A DNA stretch of 54,545 nucleotides, filler included, from Sluysia triapertura (lineage: Eukaryota), in the NCBI GenBank assembly GCA_046118255.1. It is 4 parts of 4 records of this genome, joined end to end, with 100 filler letters (N's around TTAATTAATTAA, not from the genome) between each part and the next. Parts side by side here need not be neighbours in the genome. Positions count along the whole stretch, not along the records: positions 11,189 to 28,505 come from JBJNIA010189496.1; positions 28,606 to 40,521 come from JBJNIA010156603.1; 2 more parts are not named here. One strand, 5' to 3'. Position 1 is the stretch's first letter. Every line of letters starts with the position of its first letter. The translations under genes were made by a program, and so were the position numbers. Below, one piece after another: positions 23,974-35,900 of this stretch. The notes beneath the pieces were generated by a model. It ran no database searches and was not told the origin of the DNA. It saw nothing but the letters and a program-made list of their open reading frames with translations.

Positions 23974-26376
23974 TGGGGAGCCATTTTAATGTTTTTTTTA
24001 ATTTTCAGTTTTTTCTTTCAAACCATCAATTAGTAATAACAGCAAAAGAAAAAAATTGATAAAGATATTAAAGATGCTTTGATAAAAAAAGTTTTATTAT
24101 TTTTCGAAAATAAAAAAACGATATTTATTTTGACGAGTCTTTGTATTAAACCGGTTTGTATTTCTGAGTGTGTTTGTATGTTTGTTTTATTATTTGATGT
24201 GAGTGTAATAATCCGTTGTAATTGTTGAATTGTGAGCCTTATTATTGAATGAAATTCAAGACAAAATCAAATTAGGAGCCCAGTTCATTTTTCTATGAAT
24301 TACCATTTTTTTTGTATGATTGTTTTCATTTGTTTGCTTTAGTCAGTCAGACTGATGTGTGTTATGGTATTATGAGCTGATTGGTTGTTGATGTGAGTTT
24401 GTGATTGTTAAAAATTTGAATTTTAAATTGTGCATTGTGTATAATATGAAAATATAAGAGTATAGAAAATTGTAGCACACAAATTTAATTGTTAGGATGA
24501 GTGGAGGAAATATGTGGTGAATAGGGTTAATGAGAAATACCGGGTTTTATGTGTGCTATTATCATGTCAAACTGTACAGAGATTTAATTGGATAATTACA
24601 AACTCAATTGGCATGCAAAATTGAGTATATATAATTATAATCAGAAGTATAAGTTTCAATTTAAACGATTTGAATTTTATTATCAATACAAAAATAATAA
24701 TAACAATAAATTGATGACTCAATACAGAAATGAATTTTCGATCGTTTGAAATGAATGATAATAATTATATATAGATTTATTGATAATATAACAAATTGTG
24801 TCTTGTAATCATTTCAATTGAATGAGGCTCATAAATCGTATTTACTTTTTACAATGTATGTATAAAAACAATTCTCGTCTGATAACAATATTTATTGTTA
24901 GTATGTATAAATCAGTAGTAGTGTCAATAAATAAACGAAACTGTATTGGCTCACAATTTTGTGTGATATTTGAAAACTTTTAAACGAGACATTAATGAGG
25001 AGCCTTATTTAAATGATAAGGACATTTATCGCTCTTTTCCCCACAGTTTTCTTTTTGACTAGTCGTGTGTGCTTTCAATGTGTGTACACAACAGTTAATT
25101 TTACGTTCAAATTTATTTAAATTATTTTTTTTACTAAAATGTATTTCTAACTTACTGGTTTATTTTTAATTCATTTTCGAAATCGTTGTTATGAGTTAAA
25201 AATTGGATTACATTGAAACATATTTAAATTGTCAAGTAACGCTAAATATACTTATATTTGTTGCATTATTATCATGATAAAATAGTGAGATAGTAATTGG
25301 ATTTTTAACACTTAATACTTCAATATTTAGTTTATCTTTTGAGGTGCGATGAAGTGTAAAATAATCAAAAATAACTAGATTAAATAAATAAAAAGAATAA
25401 ATAGATTATTCAGGATGGATAATAGATTTGGAAAAATACCAACAATCATATGAGTCACAAGGCGTCTTGTTACGGTGATTCGTTTTATTGAGTCTTTTCG
25501 TACCTTTCTATTGAAATTCGATTTACGGCTATACATAGGGTTTAATAGTGCATACGCTTAAAGTTTTTTAAACTTAATAAAAGTATTATTGTATTTCTTT
25601 GGCTATTTCTTATTTTAAAATGTTTCTAATAATTCAATAGCATTGATTTATTAATTTATTTCAATGGATTATTAAGAAAACACTCAAGTTTTGATTTTCT
25701 TCAAAATAAAATATTGATTTTCAAAAGAAAAGGGGATAGACAGTCGCAAATCACTTCATAAACAAGCAGTGATTTTAAAATCATGCATGATAAAGTTGCA
25801 TTTATTTATTGGGTTTATTAATCGTATTCATTTATATTAATATAACTTTATTTTCAATTCACTTACTATGAAACAGCAAAAGTGATACATTAATACGATT
25901 GTATATTTTTAATAATGTTTATGTATATTATTATTATTTTGATTCGTTACTATCTTTACAACATTGATTCACGTTTCTGAGCATAATAATGTGGTATCTA
26001 CTTTATGAATTGTCTTTATAAATGTGTCCAAACTATGTCAAATTCTGCCATCTTCGTATTCATTTTAATATCAGTTATAAATGAAACTCATATTATTGTC
26101 ATCATAAAGTTTAATTTCCCGTTAATTTTATTAAACAATCGCTATTATATTACTGATTTTCTAGATAAAAGTAATGTGTATTGCGATACACTGAATTTTC
26201 ATGACAACACCATACAAATTATTATATACTGTATTTATAGTAATTATTTTTTTAAATTGATCATCGTTTTTGTTTCATTGTGAAACTGATTGTGTGCGTC
26301 TCTGTTAAGACACTCCTAATAATAATAATAATAATCATAATGTTAATAATAATAGTTTATTTGATTTCTCGAAATA

Positions 26377-26840
26377 TTAGTTGGTGCATAAATTCGTGGG
26401 ATTTTATTTATTGCAAAGAAAACACCAATTTCTTGTTTTAACTGATTTCAGTTATATTCATTCAGCTGAATTATCTATTCTAGACTTAAATCTGAATTAA
26501 ATCATTCTAGACTTTTATGTTCATTACCCTCATTAAAATGGAGTGTCAGGTAGATAAAATGAACATTTCCGGCATATACTCTTTCTAATTCCGCTCTATG
26601 TCGAAAGATCTTTCTGGTCTCATATTTGAAAACGAAGAAGCAATAACAACGTGGGTTGTTATTCTTTAAACATGGTGGAAGGAAGTTATCTATTGTGGCG
26701 GAGAATATCTCATCGATTGAGACTGAGATATTTTTTTTTTCATTTTTTTATTTGTAATATTTTTGCATGATTTTTATTCTTGATCAGTGTATGCATTTTT
26801 CATAAATGTAAAAAACCGCATGAACTTATCACCAACCAGA
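26377..26840 (+). mobile_element. mariner internal-deletion derivative
   Basis: Degenerate TIRs TTAGTTGGTGCATAAATTCGTGGGATTTT versus rc CTGGTTGGTGATAAGTTCATGCGGTTTTT, with a left TA. Retains transposase start MECQVDK/EHFRHIL and end ENEEAITTWV..WKEVIYCGGEYLID*. Confidence 0.85.
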
Positions 26841-27037
26841 CACATTTTGTTTTACTCCAATATAATTGCACTAAATTTTTTTAGTTTATTAAAATGGAAA
26901 AAAAATTTGACAATCCAATCAGCTTACGCTTTATTTCTATAAACTGTGAATCGTCTCTGATGATATTTTTGTACTTAGAAATAATTAAAGGCTTATTACA
27001 ATAAAGTCCATTAAATAAGAGAGATAAACAAATTTAA

Positions 27038-27603
27038 CCCTTTAACTACGGGTATATATTTAATAGGCAAGGCACTCATTCATTGCAAAAAATTAAAAAT
27101 AATTTATTTTATTTTAGAACAACATTTTAGCAAGAATAAAATTTAAAAACACATTCTTGTTGCATTTAGAACGAAATACGCATTGTGATTCTGTAAGTTG
27201 ATCTTCTTGCAATTTGTCTCCGTCTATTTTTGGTGTAAAATGAAAATTTCGCTTACCAAATTTAAAATTTCATATGGAGTTTTGCACAAATGTTTCATTT
27301 TAACCTCCTAGTAATATTTTCTATAACTTGATTATTTTTGGTACGCAATGGAAATTCGACTTATGTAGATGTGTATATTTCTATAACTCATATTTTTGCC
27401 TCTAAAATAAAACTTATTCAAATGTGAAATTTTCTCGTTACTTGTTTTAGATATAAAATGGAAATAATTCTTTATAATAAAACAAAATAGTAATAAATTA
27501 TGAGTTCCTATAACTGAAATCAGATATTTATAATCCATATAAGCGACACCCGTTCCGGAGCAATTCATCAGATCGCTTATTGATGACAACCCCAGTTAAA
27601 AGG
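27038..27603 (-). mobile_element. Non-autonomous piggyBac element
   Basis: TTAA on both sides (27034-27037, 27604-27607). TIRs CCCTTTAACTACGGGT versus rc CCTTTTAACTGGGGT. Weak minus-strand remnants of the transposase C-terminus (SKCNKNV). Confidence 0.8.
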
Positions 27604-28378
27604 TTAAGCACAGAGCCTACAAAAAATAGCTGTAGCCACTTTCAAGTTTAAATTTAATTTTTAAACATTAATTTTAGTTACAATTCAATCAATTTCACAC
27701 AATAATTCCGAATTTACGACTAAATCGTGGTCCTTTTCGTTCTCTAAAATATTAATTGTGGCACGTATTAAATAATGTAACTTAAATTTTCAGACAAATC
27801 AACTTCAAAAGGTGTAAAACAATATCTATTACCAAGGAGCAAGGGTTATTAATGAATAATGACATATTTAAATTTCATATAAATTGTATGTAGAAAACAC
27901 TGCTTTACACATATATTCCATTCTGTAATAACTTTTCCATAGTCAATAGCGTATATAATTGATTTTAATATATACACATCGTGATGATGTGATTAATTTC
28001 ATCCCTATTTTTTGCTGTAATATAGTTCATTTATATATTCATGTAGATTCATGTGTAAGGTTGTTTTAATATTCACTTTTTTATTTCAATTTTAACAAAA
28101 TCATTTTTTGTTATGAATGCTTGATGAATTTTTATCGCCTTTATTAATTTAAATGTACGTTTACTTTAAGATATAACTTTACTAAGGTTCTATTTTGTGG
28201 TTACACTACGGTTGAGTGTTATGAATGTTTTAAATATGACGGAGCTTTTATTCCACAAAAATTCTATTATGATATCGATTTATAAAATAATTAATTATTC
28301 AATAAATTGATCAGTAAGTACTATATCTAGATTAAAATTATAGCCATTACATATGGCTCCTTTAATCATATAGTATTA

Positions 28379-28505
28379 TTTGTAAATGTACTTTTATTAT
28401 TTTCAAATGTACCTTAGTTTCATTTGATTATATGGTAAAGATGGAAGTACATATAATCAAATGAAACTAAGGTACATTTGAAAATAATAAAAGTACATTT
28501 ACAAA
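28379..28505. repeat. Perfect 56-bp inverted duplication at a contig end
   Basis: 28379-28434 is the exact reverse complement of 28450-28505, with a 15-nt spacer; the second arm runs into the N gap. Confidence 0.9.
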
Positions 28506-28605
28506 NNNNNNNNNNNNNNNNNNNNNNNNNNNNNNNNNNNNNNNNNNNNTTAATTAATTAANNNNNNNNNNNNNNNNNNNNNNNNNNNNNNNNNNNNNNN
28601 NNNNN
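28506..28605. other. Assembly spacer
   Basis: 44 N + TTAATTAATTAA + 44 N. Confidence 0.97.
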
Positions 28606-28609
28606 TTTA

Positions 28610-28662
28610 AAATCCAACGCTTGGCCGTTAACTCAGTAAGACCAAGACGTTGGTGAACTCAC
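28610..28662 (+). other. Conserved 53-nt structured motif, copy B
   Basis: AAATCCAACGCTTGGCCGTTAACTCAGTAAGACCAAGACGTTGGTGAACTCAC; stems CCAACG/CGTTGG and CTTGG/CCAAG. Confidence 0.85.
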
Positions 28663-29713
28663 CTTTAAGTGACATCCACACTTACATTATTCTTGCAAAA
28701 TAAACTTACCCTGTCAACACTATTATTTACACTTTTAATTAATCTTGCATTATTATTACATTATGATTTTCTTTAGTGGGTCTGGAGGTATATAAATTAA
28801 GTATTTAAAAGTAATTAAATCAATAATTTAACAGGTATTTTACGTTGATTCTATGAACAGGATCTATAAAAATTATTTTTCGCGATTAGAATTAAATTCT
28901 AATCGTAGAAAACAAAATCTTCGACCAATTTTATATTTAAAACTATCTAATTTAATAACTTTATAGAAATTTTATTAGACAATTAAAGAGATAAGGATAT
29001 AATAAATTATACAAATTTGAGTAATAATGAAATATATTACGATGGAATTATTTTATAATTTCTAGGTGTGAGATTTTAATATAAGATCCAAACAATTATT
29101 AAATAATATTAGTAGATTTTACGATGATATCTCTTGGATATCGAAACCTTAATAAAAACAAACTAATTATTTAACAAAAAGTATCTGGTCAAAGTAGGAG
29201 TTTGAAGGAACTGTTGTGTCCCAACGATTATAGAAGTCCTGATAAAAATTATGTCTTGAAAAAATCTGCGTCAAACATTCTTTGGTCGAATCAATTAAAA
29301 ACTACGAAATGAAGATTGTATTTTTACAAATTGTAAAAAATTGTGTCGTAGCATAATTTATACATTTCTTATATATAAATTTTATTGACCTTGGCCAGAT
29401 CAACAATGTTTATAAAATTAAAACAAAAAGTAATTTAATATTTTAAATTAAAATTTAATGTCTACAAAAAATATTGCAATTTTTAATAATAAATATTAAA
29501 CATACCGTTATTTATCCAAAATAAAATTAATTGTTTAATTCCAATCAATAAAATTATCAAATTACAAAATTTATAAAATAAAATCAACAATTTATACAAA
29601 ACAAAATTTATGAAATAAAATAATACGTGCAAATATTTACAAAATTTCAAAAATTAATCACATGTAATCAGATTAGTCACAATTCATAACACATTTAATC
29701 AGATAGTCATAAC

Positions 29714-29732
29714 ATTATTATTATTATTATTA

Positions 29733-29772
<40 letters not shown>

Positions 29773-30660
29773 CGTCATTAATATCATTATTGTTACTAAT
29801 ATTATTAATACTTTTATCATTATTACTATCATAATTATTACTTTATAATTGCTATCATTAATATTATTATTTGCATTACTATTAATATGGTTATTATTAA
29901 CGTTTTATTACTATTATTACTATTATTAACATCATTATCATGAAAAAAACTTTTATTATTATTATTATCATTATTATTATTAGTATATTATTATCATTCT
30001 TATTAATTCCTTGCTTGACTAATAAAATATTTTAATTTATTAACTTATAATTGGATAATAGAAACAACATGGGAAGCTAGTAAACCTAACAGGATAGTCA
30101 CTGTAGTTGAACAGCGACAGCACGTGAATATATCGGGCTAGTCAATGCAGGAGCATTACGCTAGTCTGTGAACATATCGGGATAGTCGCGGAAGGAGTTA
30201 ATCGAATAACTATTAATATTACTATCATTATTAATATTATTATTAACTATAAAATAAATTATTAATTATAAAATAAAATGAGATTTCCTCGTTTCATTAA
30301 AATAATCATTTTTATTTATCATCAATACTATTACTATTAATATTATAACTAATAAACTTTCGTTATTAAAATTGATGTTATTATTTTTATTTTGATTATT
30401 ACTATCATCTTCGTCATAATTATCATCACGACACAAATCATCGTTATCATAATAACTGAAATCATAATTGATGTGGAATTATCTCATTCAACATCAACCT
30501 CTACTGGTCATCATTATCATCCTTACAACCAATATAAATTTGTCATGGCCATCGTTAAACACGTAATAGTTTATTTATTCATCATCATCACCATCATCAT
30601 CATTATCGTAATTATAATTCCAGTCATCATCCACTCATTTAGCACATCATCGTTGATCTA
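29714..30660. repeat. (ATT)n/(ATC)n low-complexity tract enclosing a GC-richer duplicated core
   Basis: Pure ATT run at ~29714-29772 with degenerate flanks. Direct repeat GTGAAYATATCGGGMTAGTC at 30124 and 30168. Confidence 0.85.
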
Positions 30661-32301
30661 GGATGTCAATTAATGATTCTTAAAATATTTGAAATGATCA
30701 AAGCTGTAGTAAATTATTTTTGTTTTTATTTTTATGAATTAAAATTTATAAAGTCAAACTTTCAATAGTGGAGCTCGACAAGTTGTTATAATGCAAGCTT
30801 GAGATGTAGTGACCTCAAGATGATAAAGTGCTGATCGATACATCTAGTAATGTCGATTGGAATTTTAAAGATGTAAATATTAGTAAAGTTATGATTGTGC
30901 TTTGCGTAATATCAAGTCGAGAGGATATATATAAGCTCTTAAGGATACTTTTTAAAGGTCGAATGTAAAATACAAGGTTTAAAAGGAGTCTATGATTTAT
31001 ATCTTTGTCATGGTAATAGAAATTATTTAGATTACTCACTAAATGATCATCAGGAATATAAATTGTGTTATGAAGATTATTCTGACTATCATATAGTTCC
31101 GTCGCAATTAGTTCTTATACCTACAATGATACGCCTAATATATTCAATCTGATGAAAATACAACAATAAGTTATTATAAAAACTAGCTAAATATTTAGTC
31201 AATAACCTAAAGAACTATTGGTTACTGTAATTCAAAGAATTAGACAGATAAAATTAAATAAAAATTTAATTGCAATCAAGGTGACGCAACATAAAAATTC
31301 AATTCTTATTTTCAAGGATAATTCTTAAAATTACAAGTAAATATTGAAATGATCTTCAGACTATGTATAACAAATGTATATAATTATTCATTTTTAACAT
31401 TTTATTTTTGGAAACACTCGATTTATGAACTTAATATATTATAATTTAATTTTCAATTTTCGTTTATATTTTTAATTTTATTGAAACATTTGTATTTGAA
31501 TTTTATTTTTGGAAATATCTAAAAATTTTATTAAGTAAGAAATTATACATTAATTGTTAATTAAAAAATTATTAAACTAACGTAATAAATAAATTTTAAT
31601 ATTTTGTTTTAATAAATTAAATTTAATCTGTAAACTATGACTAAACTACATACACATACAAATAATCACAAAGTTTTAAGTCCAATTTTAGTTTAATTAA
31701 AGTTTTACAGTAAACAAAATTTATAAATTTATAATTGTTAATTTAATTATTTATTTTACAGATTAATTATTTCAAATATTATTCATTTCAAATTTTAATA
31801 ATTTTATTAACAAAAAAATAATTCATTATTTTGGAAATTAAATAATCTCGTCGGAAATTAGATAATCTCGTCTTCTGATCAGTAAGTCTAAATTATTTAA
31901 ATTATTTTTATTTTTATTTATTATTTTTATGTACAAATTAATTATTATAAAATTATTATAAAAATCTCTGAATTAAAAAATAATTTTTTGTTTAAATTAT
32001 TCTAATTTATTTTTAATCTAACCTTGAAAAATAGTATAAATAGATGAACATTTAAAAAATTAAGACACAACTTTATTGACTCAACAATTTTATTGATACA
32101 ACGTTTCACACTTTTCTGATAATAAATTCTCGACGCAGTACTTCAACAGAATCCTTATTCGACTATAGCATTGTACTACATTATTTCAACGCAGTATTCT
32201 CACGAAGTCCTCATTAATTAACTACGAATTCCTCCTTGAAAAGAAAAATTTGCGATATATATTTCATTTGTTAACGTTAGTTTATCATTATAAGATATTT
32301 T

Positions 32302-32655
32302 GCAATTATAAATTGCTAAGTAAAGTTTCACTTAAAATATTAATTGTTAAAAAATTGAGTTTTCGTTTAGTGAAAACTAAGTAAAATATTCTTCAAATTT
32401 TTTGTATAAAGATTATTACTATTATAATAATCTAGTGTAAATTCGTTATTAAGTTCCTTATATATAATAGTTGAATTGTAAAATAACATTTTTTTTGAAT
32501 AATAAAAATTGATTATTATTTTGTCAGTCTTGTAATTTAAACGTACAGGTTCGAGAAAGAACCTAAGTAAAATATTTAATTATTGATAAGGGTTCACTTT
32601 ATTTGAACCCAAGTAAATTACCTATTAACGGTTTGTATAATCAAACCGAAGTAAA
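32302..32655 (+). repeat. Array of six sequence-variable hairpins, each followed by AAGTAAA/AGTGTAAA
   Basis: GCAATT/AATTGC (32302), AGTTTTC/GAAAACT (32358), AGATTATTA/TAATAATCT (32410), AGGTTC/GAACCT (32547), GGGTTCA/TGAACCC (32590), CGGTTTG/CAAACCG (32629). Each lies directly 5' of a GTAAA-containing tail. Confidence 0.85.
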
Positions 32656-32870
32656 ATCATAAAGTATAGTAGGTTTTTAAACTAGTATTAAAATCTATAC
32701 AAAATTCATTTGCCCCTAAAATCTCACTTATTTTATTATTGAATTATTAAATTATTTGATATTTTATTTTATTTTTGATATTCAAATAACCTATAATCTA
32801 GAGGATTCTTTTAGCATCTTAATCTTGACCATTTGAGTAAGTTCTTGACCTCCATTTTATTATTTACAAC

Positions 32871-32923
32871 AAATCCAACGGTTGGCCGTTTAGTCTGTAA
32901 CTCCAATACGTTGGTGGACTCAC
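32871..32923 (+). other. Conserved 53-nt structured motif, copy C
   Basis: AAATCCAACGGTTGGCCGTTTAGTCTGTAACTCCAATACGTTGGTGGACTCAC; additional outer pairing TACAA/TTGTA; ACCTCCA at 32848. Confidence 0.85.
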
Positions 32924-35900
32924 TTGTATTCTTAAGCTTTATTCTACTCTTTACCCATATTTCTTGCATTATTATTTAATTAACATAACGTTAGAAGAAG
33001 TTGCTCCATGAGATGCCTTGACTCAAATAGAAAGAATTCACTGTAATAGATCATTTGCATCTATTAAAATTTTCTCTGCACTATTTGGTTCAAAATCGAA
33101 CAAACATGTCGAAGTTGATTTTCATTCATGTTGTGATTCGTAAATTACGGTAAATACAGCTGAATATGTGAATTCGCAGTTTGTAACCAATATACAATAT
33201 CCATCAAATATCATGTTGAAACTTATTTTTGGCAATTCTTTAAGTGGTTAAGTATCAGTATCAAAGAGTATCTAATCTACAATCATTAATACATTTTGGA
33301 TAATTTAGTAATGTATTTGAGAAATTAAATTTTATACAGTTATTATTATAAGTATGTTATTTCCAATTTTATTATTTTATTTTTAATTTATTATTTAATA
33401 ATTTTATTTTTGCCACTAACTTTCAAAACTTTTACTTAAAAAATATTCATTGCTTTGCCATAAAATCCATTTGAATTGCTCGTATAACATTTTCGACAGG
33501 ATCTTTAAAAATATCAATATTTCAGAACTTGGCTTTGTGTTATACTTTTTGTTCAGATTTCTAGGTTGGCAGTGATATGGAAATGATAACCTATAATGAG
33601 ATTAGAAAAATACATTTTAAAATATCTTTAACAAGTAAAGCAAAACGAGATGGAGTACTGTCTAAGTAGAAAAATATTTTCCTGACACATTACTTTTGCC
33701 TTACAAATAGAATTAATTTATCTTCTAAGGCATGGGTCGATAAAATGTTGCAAGTATCACAGAATCATAAATATCTTTCTATATTCATTAAATTTAATAT
33801 GAAAATATTCTTTAAGAGAATATGTTTCTTGTATCAGATTTTTTAAAGCTCTAATTGTTTTTTTTTCATATAAAAGACATTTTTAAATTATAAATGGATA
33901 AATTTAGCTTCTCCAAAGTGACACAATTTTTGTAAATTTACGATATTTGGCTATTTATTACTCATACATACCCTATTAAAGAAATTTAAGTATCTGAAAT
34001 TTTAAATTAAAATACACATACTTGAATATGCAATTAAATAGAAAAATGAAAATTTTTTTGGATTAATAAAATAAATATTTATATTAAAAATTAAAATTCC
34101 GTTTTGTTTCAAATATTTAAAATTATTAAAGTAGAAAAATAATTGGCACAAGAAAATTTCAATATAAAAGTGTCATATAACTGCGTGAAACTTAGATCTA
34201 TTTATCAGTTTTAAAATAAAATAAAAAACTTGATGTAAAAATAAGTTTCTTTTTGAACAAAATTGCCTTTAATCAATATTCTATAAAGTTTTATTATATA
34301 TATATTTCACATCTGATTATCTTTACCTACTTTTAATTGTTAATAATAATTCTTTTAGTCGATACTTTAAATTTTATCATTATAATTATGAGTTATCGCG
34401 ATAGTCAGAGATGGAAGATCTATGTTGATAGTATTTAATATATAATAACAAAACCTAAATACAATTATATTGCTCAAATAAAAGGAGCAGAAAATATTGA
34501 CCAATGTATAATCTAAAATAAAAAACCTTTTCAGCATATTAAGGATTTTAAAATTTTAAAATTTTATCATTTTTATTTTTGTAAAATACATTCTCTAACC
34601 AATAATTGCTCGAAAATTATTAAAGAAAGTTGTGTTTAATTCTGATGCTTGTACATCATTTGTTATTCAAGAATGATGGCCAATAACTACTCAATTTTTG
34701 TCACAATATTTATTATAATCAGCTTCTCTCTAGTTCTATATTCCACTATGGTGAAAATTTCTTGAAGCTAATTAAGTGGTAAGGAATTTTGACTTCTTTT
34801 TTCGTGTTTATTTGCTAATTTAAAGATTCACCTTTTTCTTTAAAGGAATATTAGAGTACTTTTCGATATGTATTAAGATAGTTGTCTAAATTCAGATATT
34901 TCTTTGATTTTATAAGGTAACATAATTTATCTCTATTTTTAATATTACTTAGTTTTTTTCAAACTTAATAACTTAATAACAAAAATAGTTAGAATTTCTT
35001 ATTTCACATTAGCATATCAGGAATGTTTTTTTGTAAAATACATGAAGCTGAAATATTTACAATATGCATACATTTTTCATTTGTTTGAACAATATTTCTA
35101 TTCCAGATGGATTTTTCATCATCAAACATTAAAAATGTGACTGTCACGCTAGAAAAATTTAAACATGAATTAATCGAAGATCAATTTTGAAACCATAAGC
35201 AGTGTTCTAGATTCGAAAACTTATATTAATTGTAAGCATTGATAGTTGTTTACAATATGTTGCAAGAGTAACAAGAAAATACTTAAAATACTGATTTGTC
35301 ATAACTAATGTTTACCATCAGAAAAAATCAATATCTAGATAGACTACTTTGTATTGATTTGACTGGTATAATAACTATAATAGAATATTACAACATTAGT
35401 AAAGGTAAACCACAGATCGAAACATAAAATAAATTCAAAACAATCATTATAAATTGAAATAATAAATAACAAAAAAATTTATTTCATAAATATTTTAATA
35501 AATTACAAATAATAATAATTAATATTATTGTTGTGGTAACTGTCATTTAATAATTACTTTGTTTATTTTCAATTTATGTTTTAAAATATCTTAGGAATGC
35601 ATTATAGTGTATTATTCTTTTTTCATTTTAAAAGCTTATATTTGAAAAAAATTAATTTTTGATTTCAAAATAAAATAAATTAAACATTTTTCATATTATT
35701 TTATTAATATTAAGAGAAATTATATTTGGATCTTTATTTATGAAAAGATTTAACTATGTTTTAAGAAAGAGGGAGTTATTAATATGAACAATACAATAGT
35801 TCACAATTGTAAATCAATAAGTCATCGTTTTATTTTTTATCTCATAAAATTTCGTATTCGTATTTTGATTAAGATAAACAAAGTGGAAAGTATTTTGAAA

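Noticed and set aside
25414-25475. Possible extra exon downstream of the Groucho-like gene (GWIIDLEKYQQSYESQGVLLR)
   Set aside because: This reading is phase-incompatible with the 23914 donor and shows no Groucho similarity.
28610-28662. Integron attC site (ATCCAAC ... GTTGGTG)
   Set aside because: The RYYYAAC/GTT boxes are not kept in copies A and D, and there is no integron integrase or cassette array.
32302-32655. CRISPR array
   Set aside because: No constant 23-47-nt repeat (only a ~7-nt tail is shared), irregular spacing, no cas genes, eukaryotic context.
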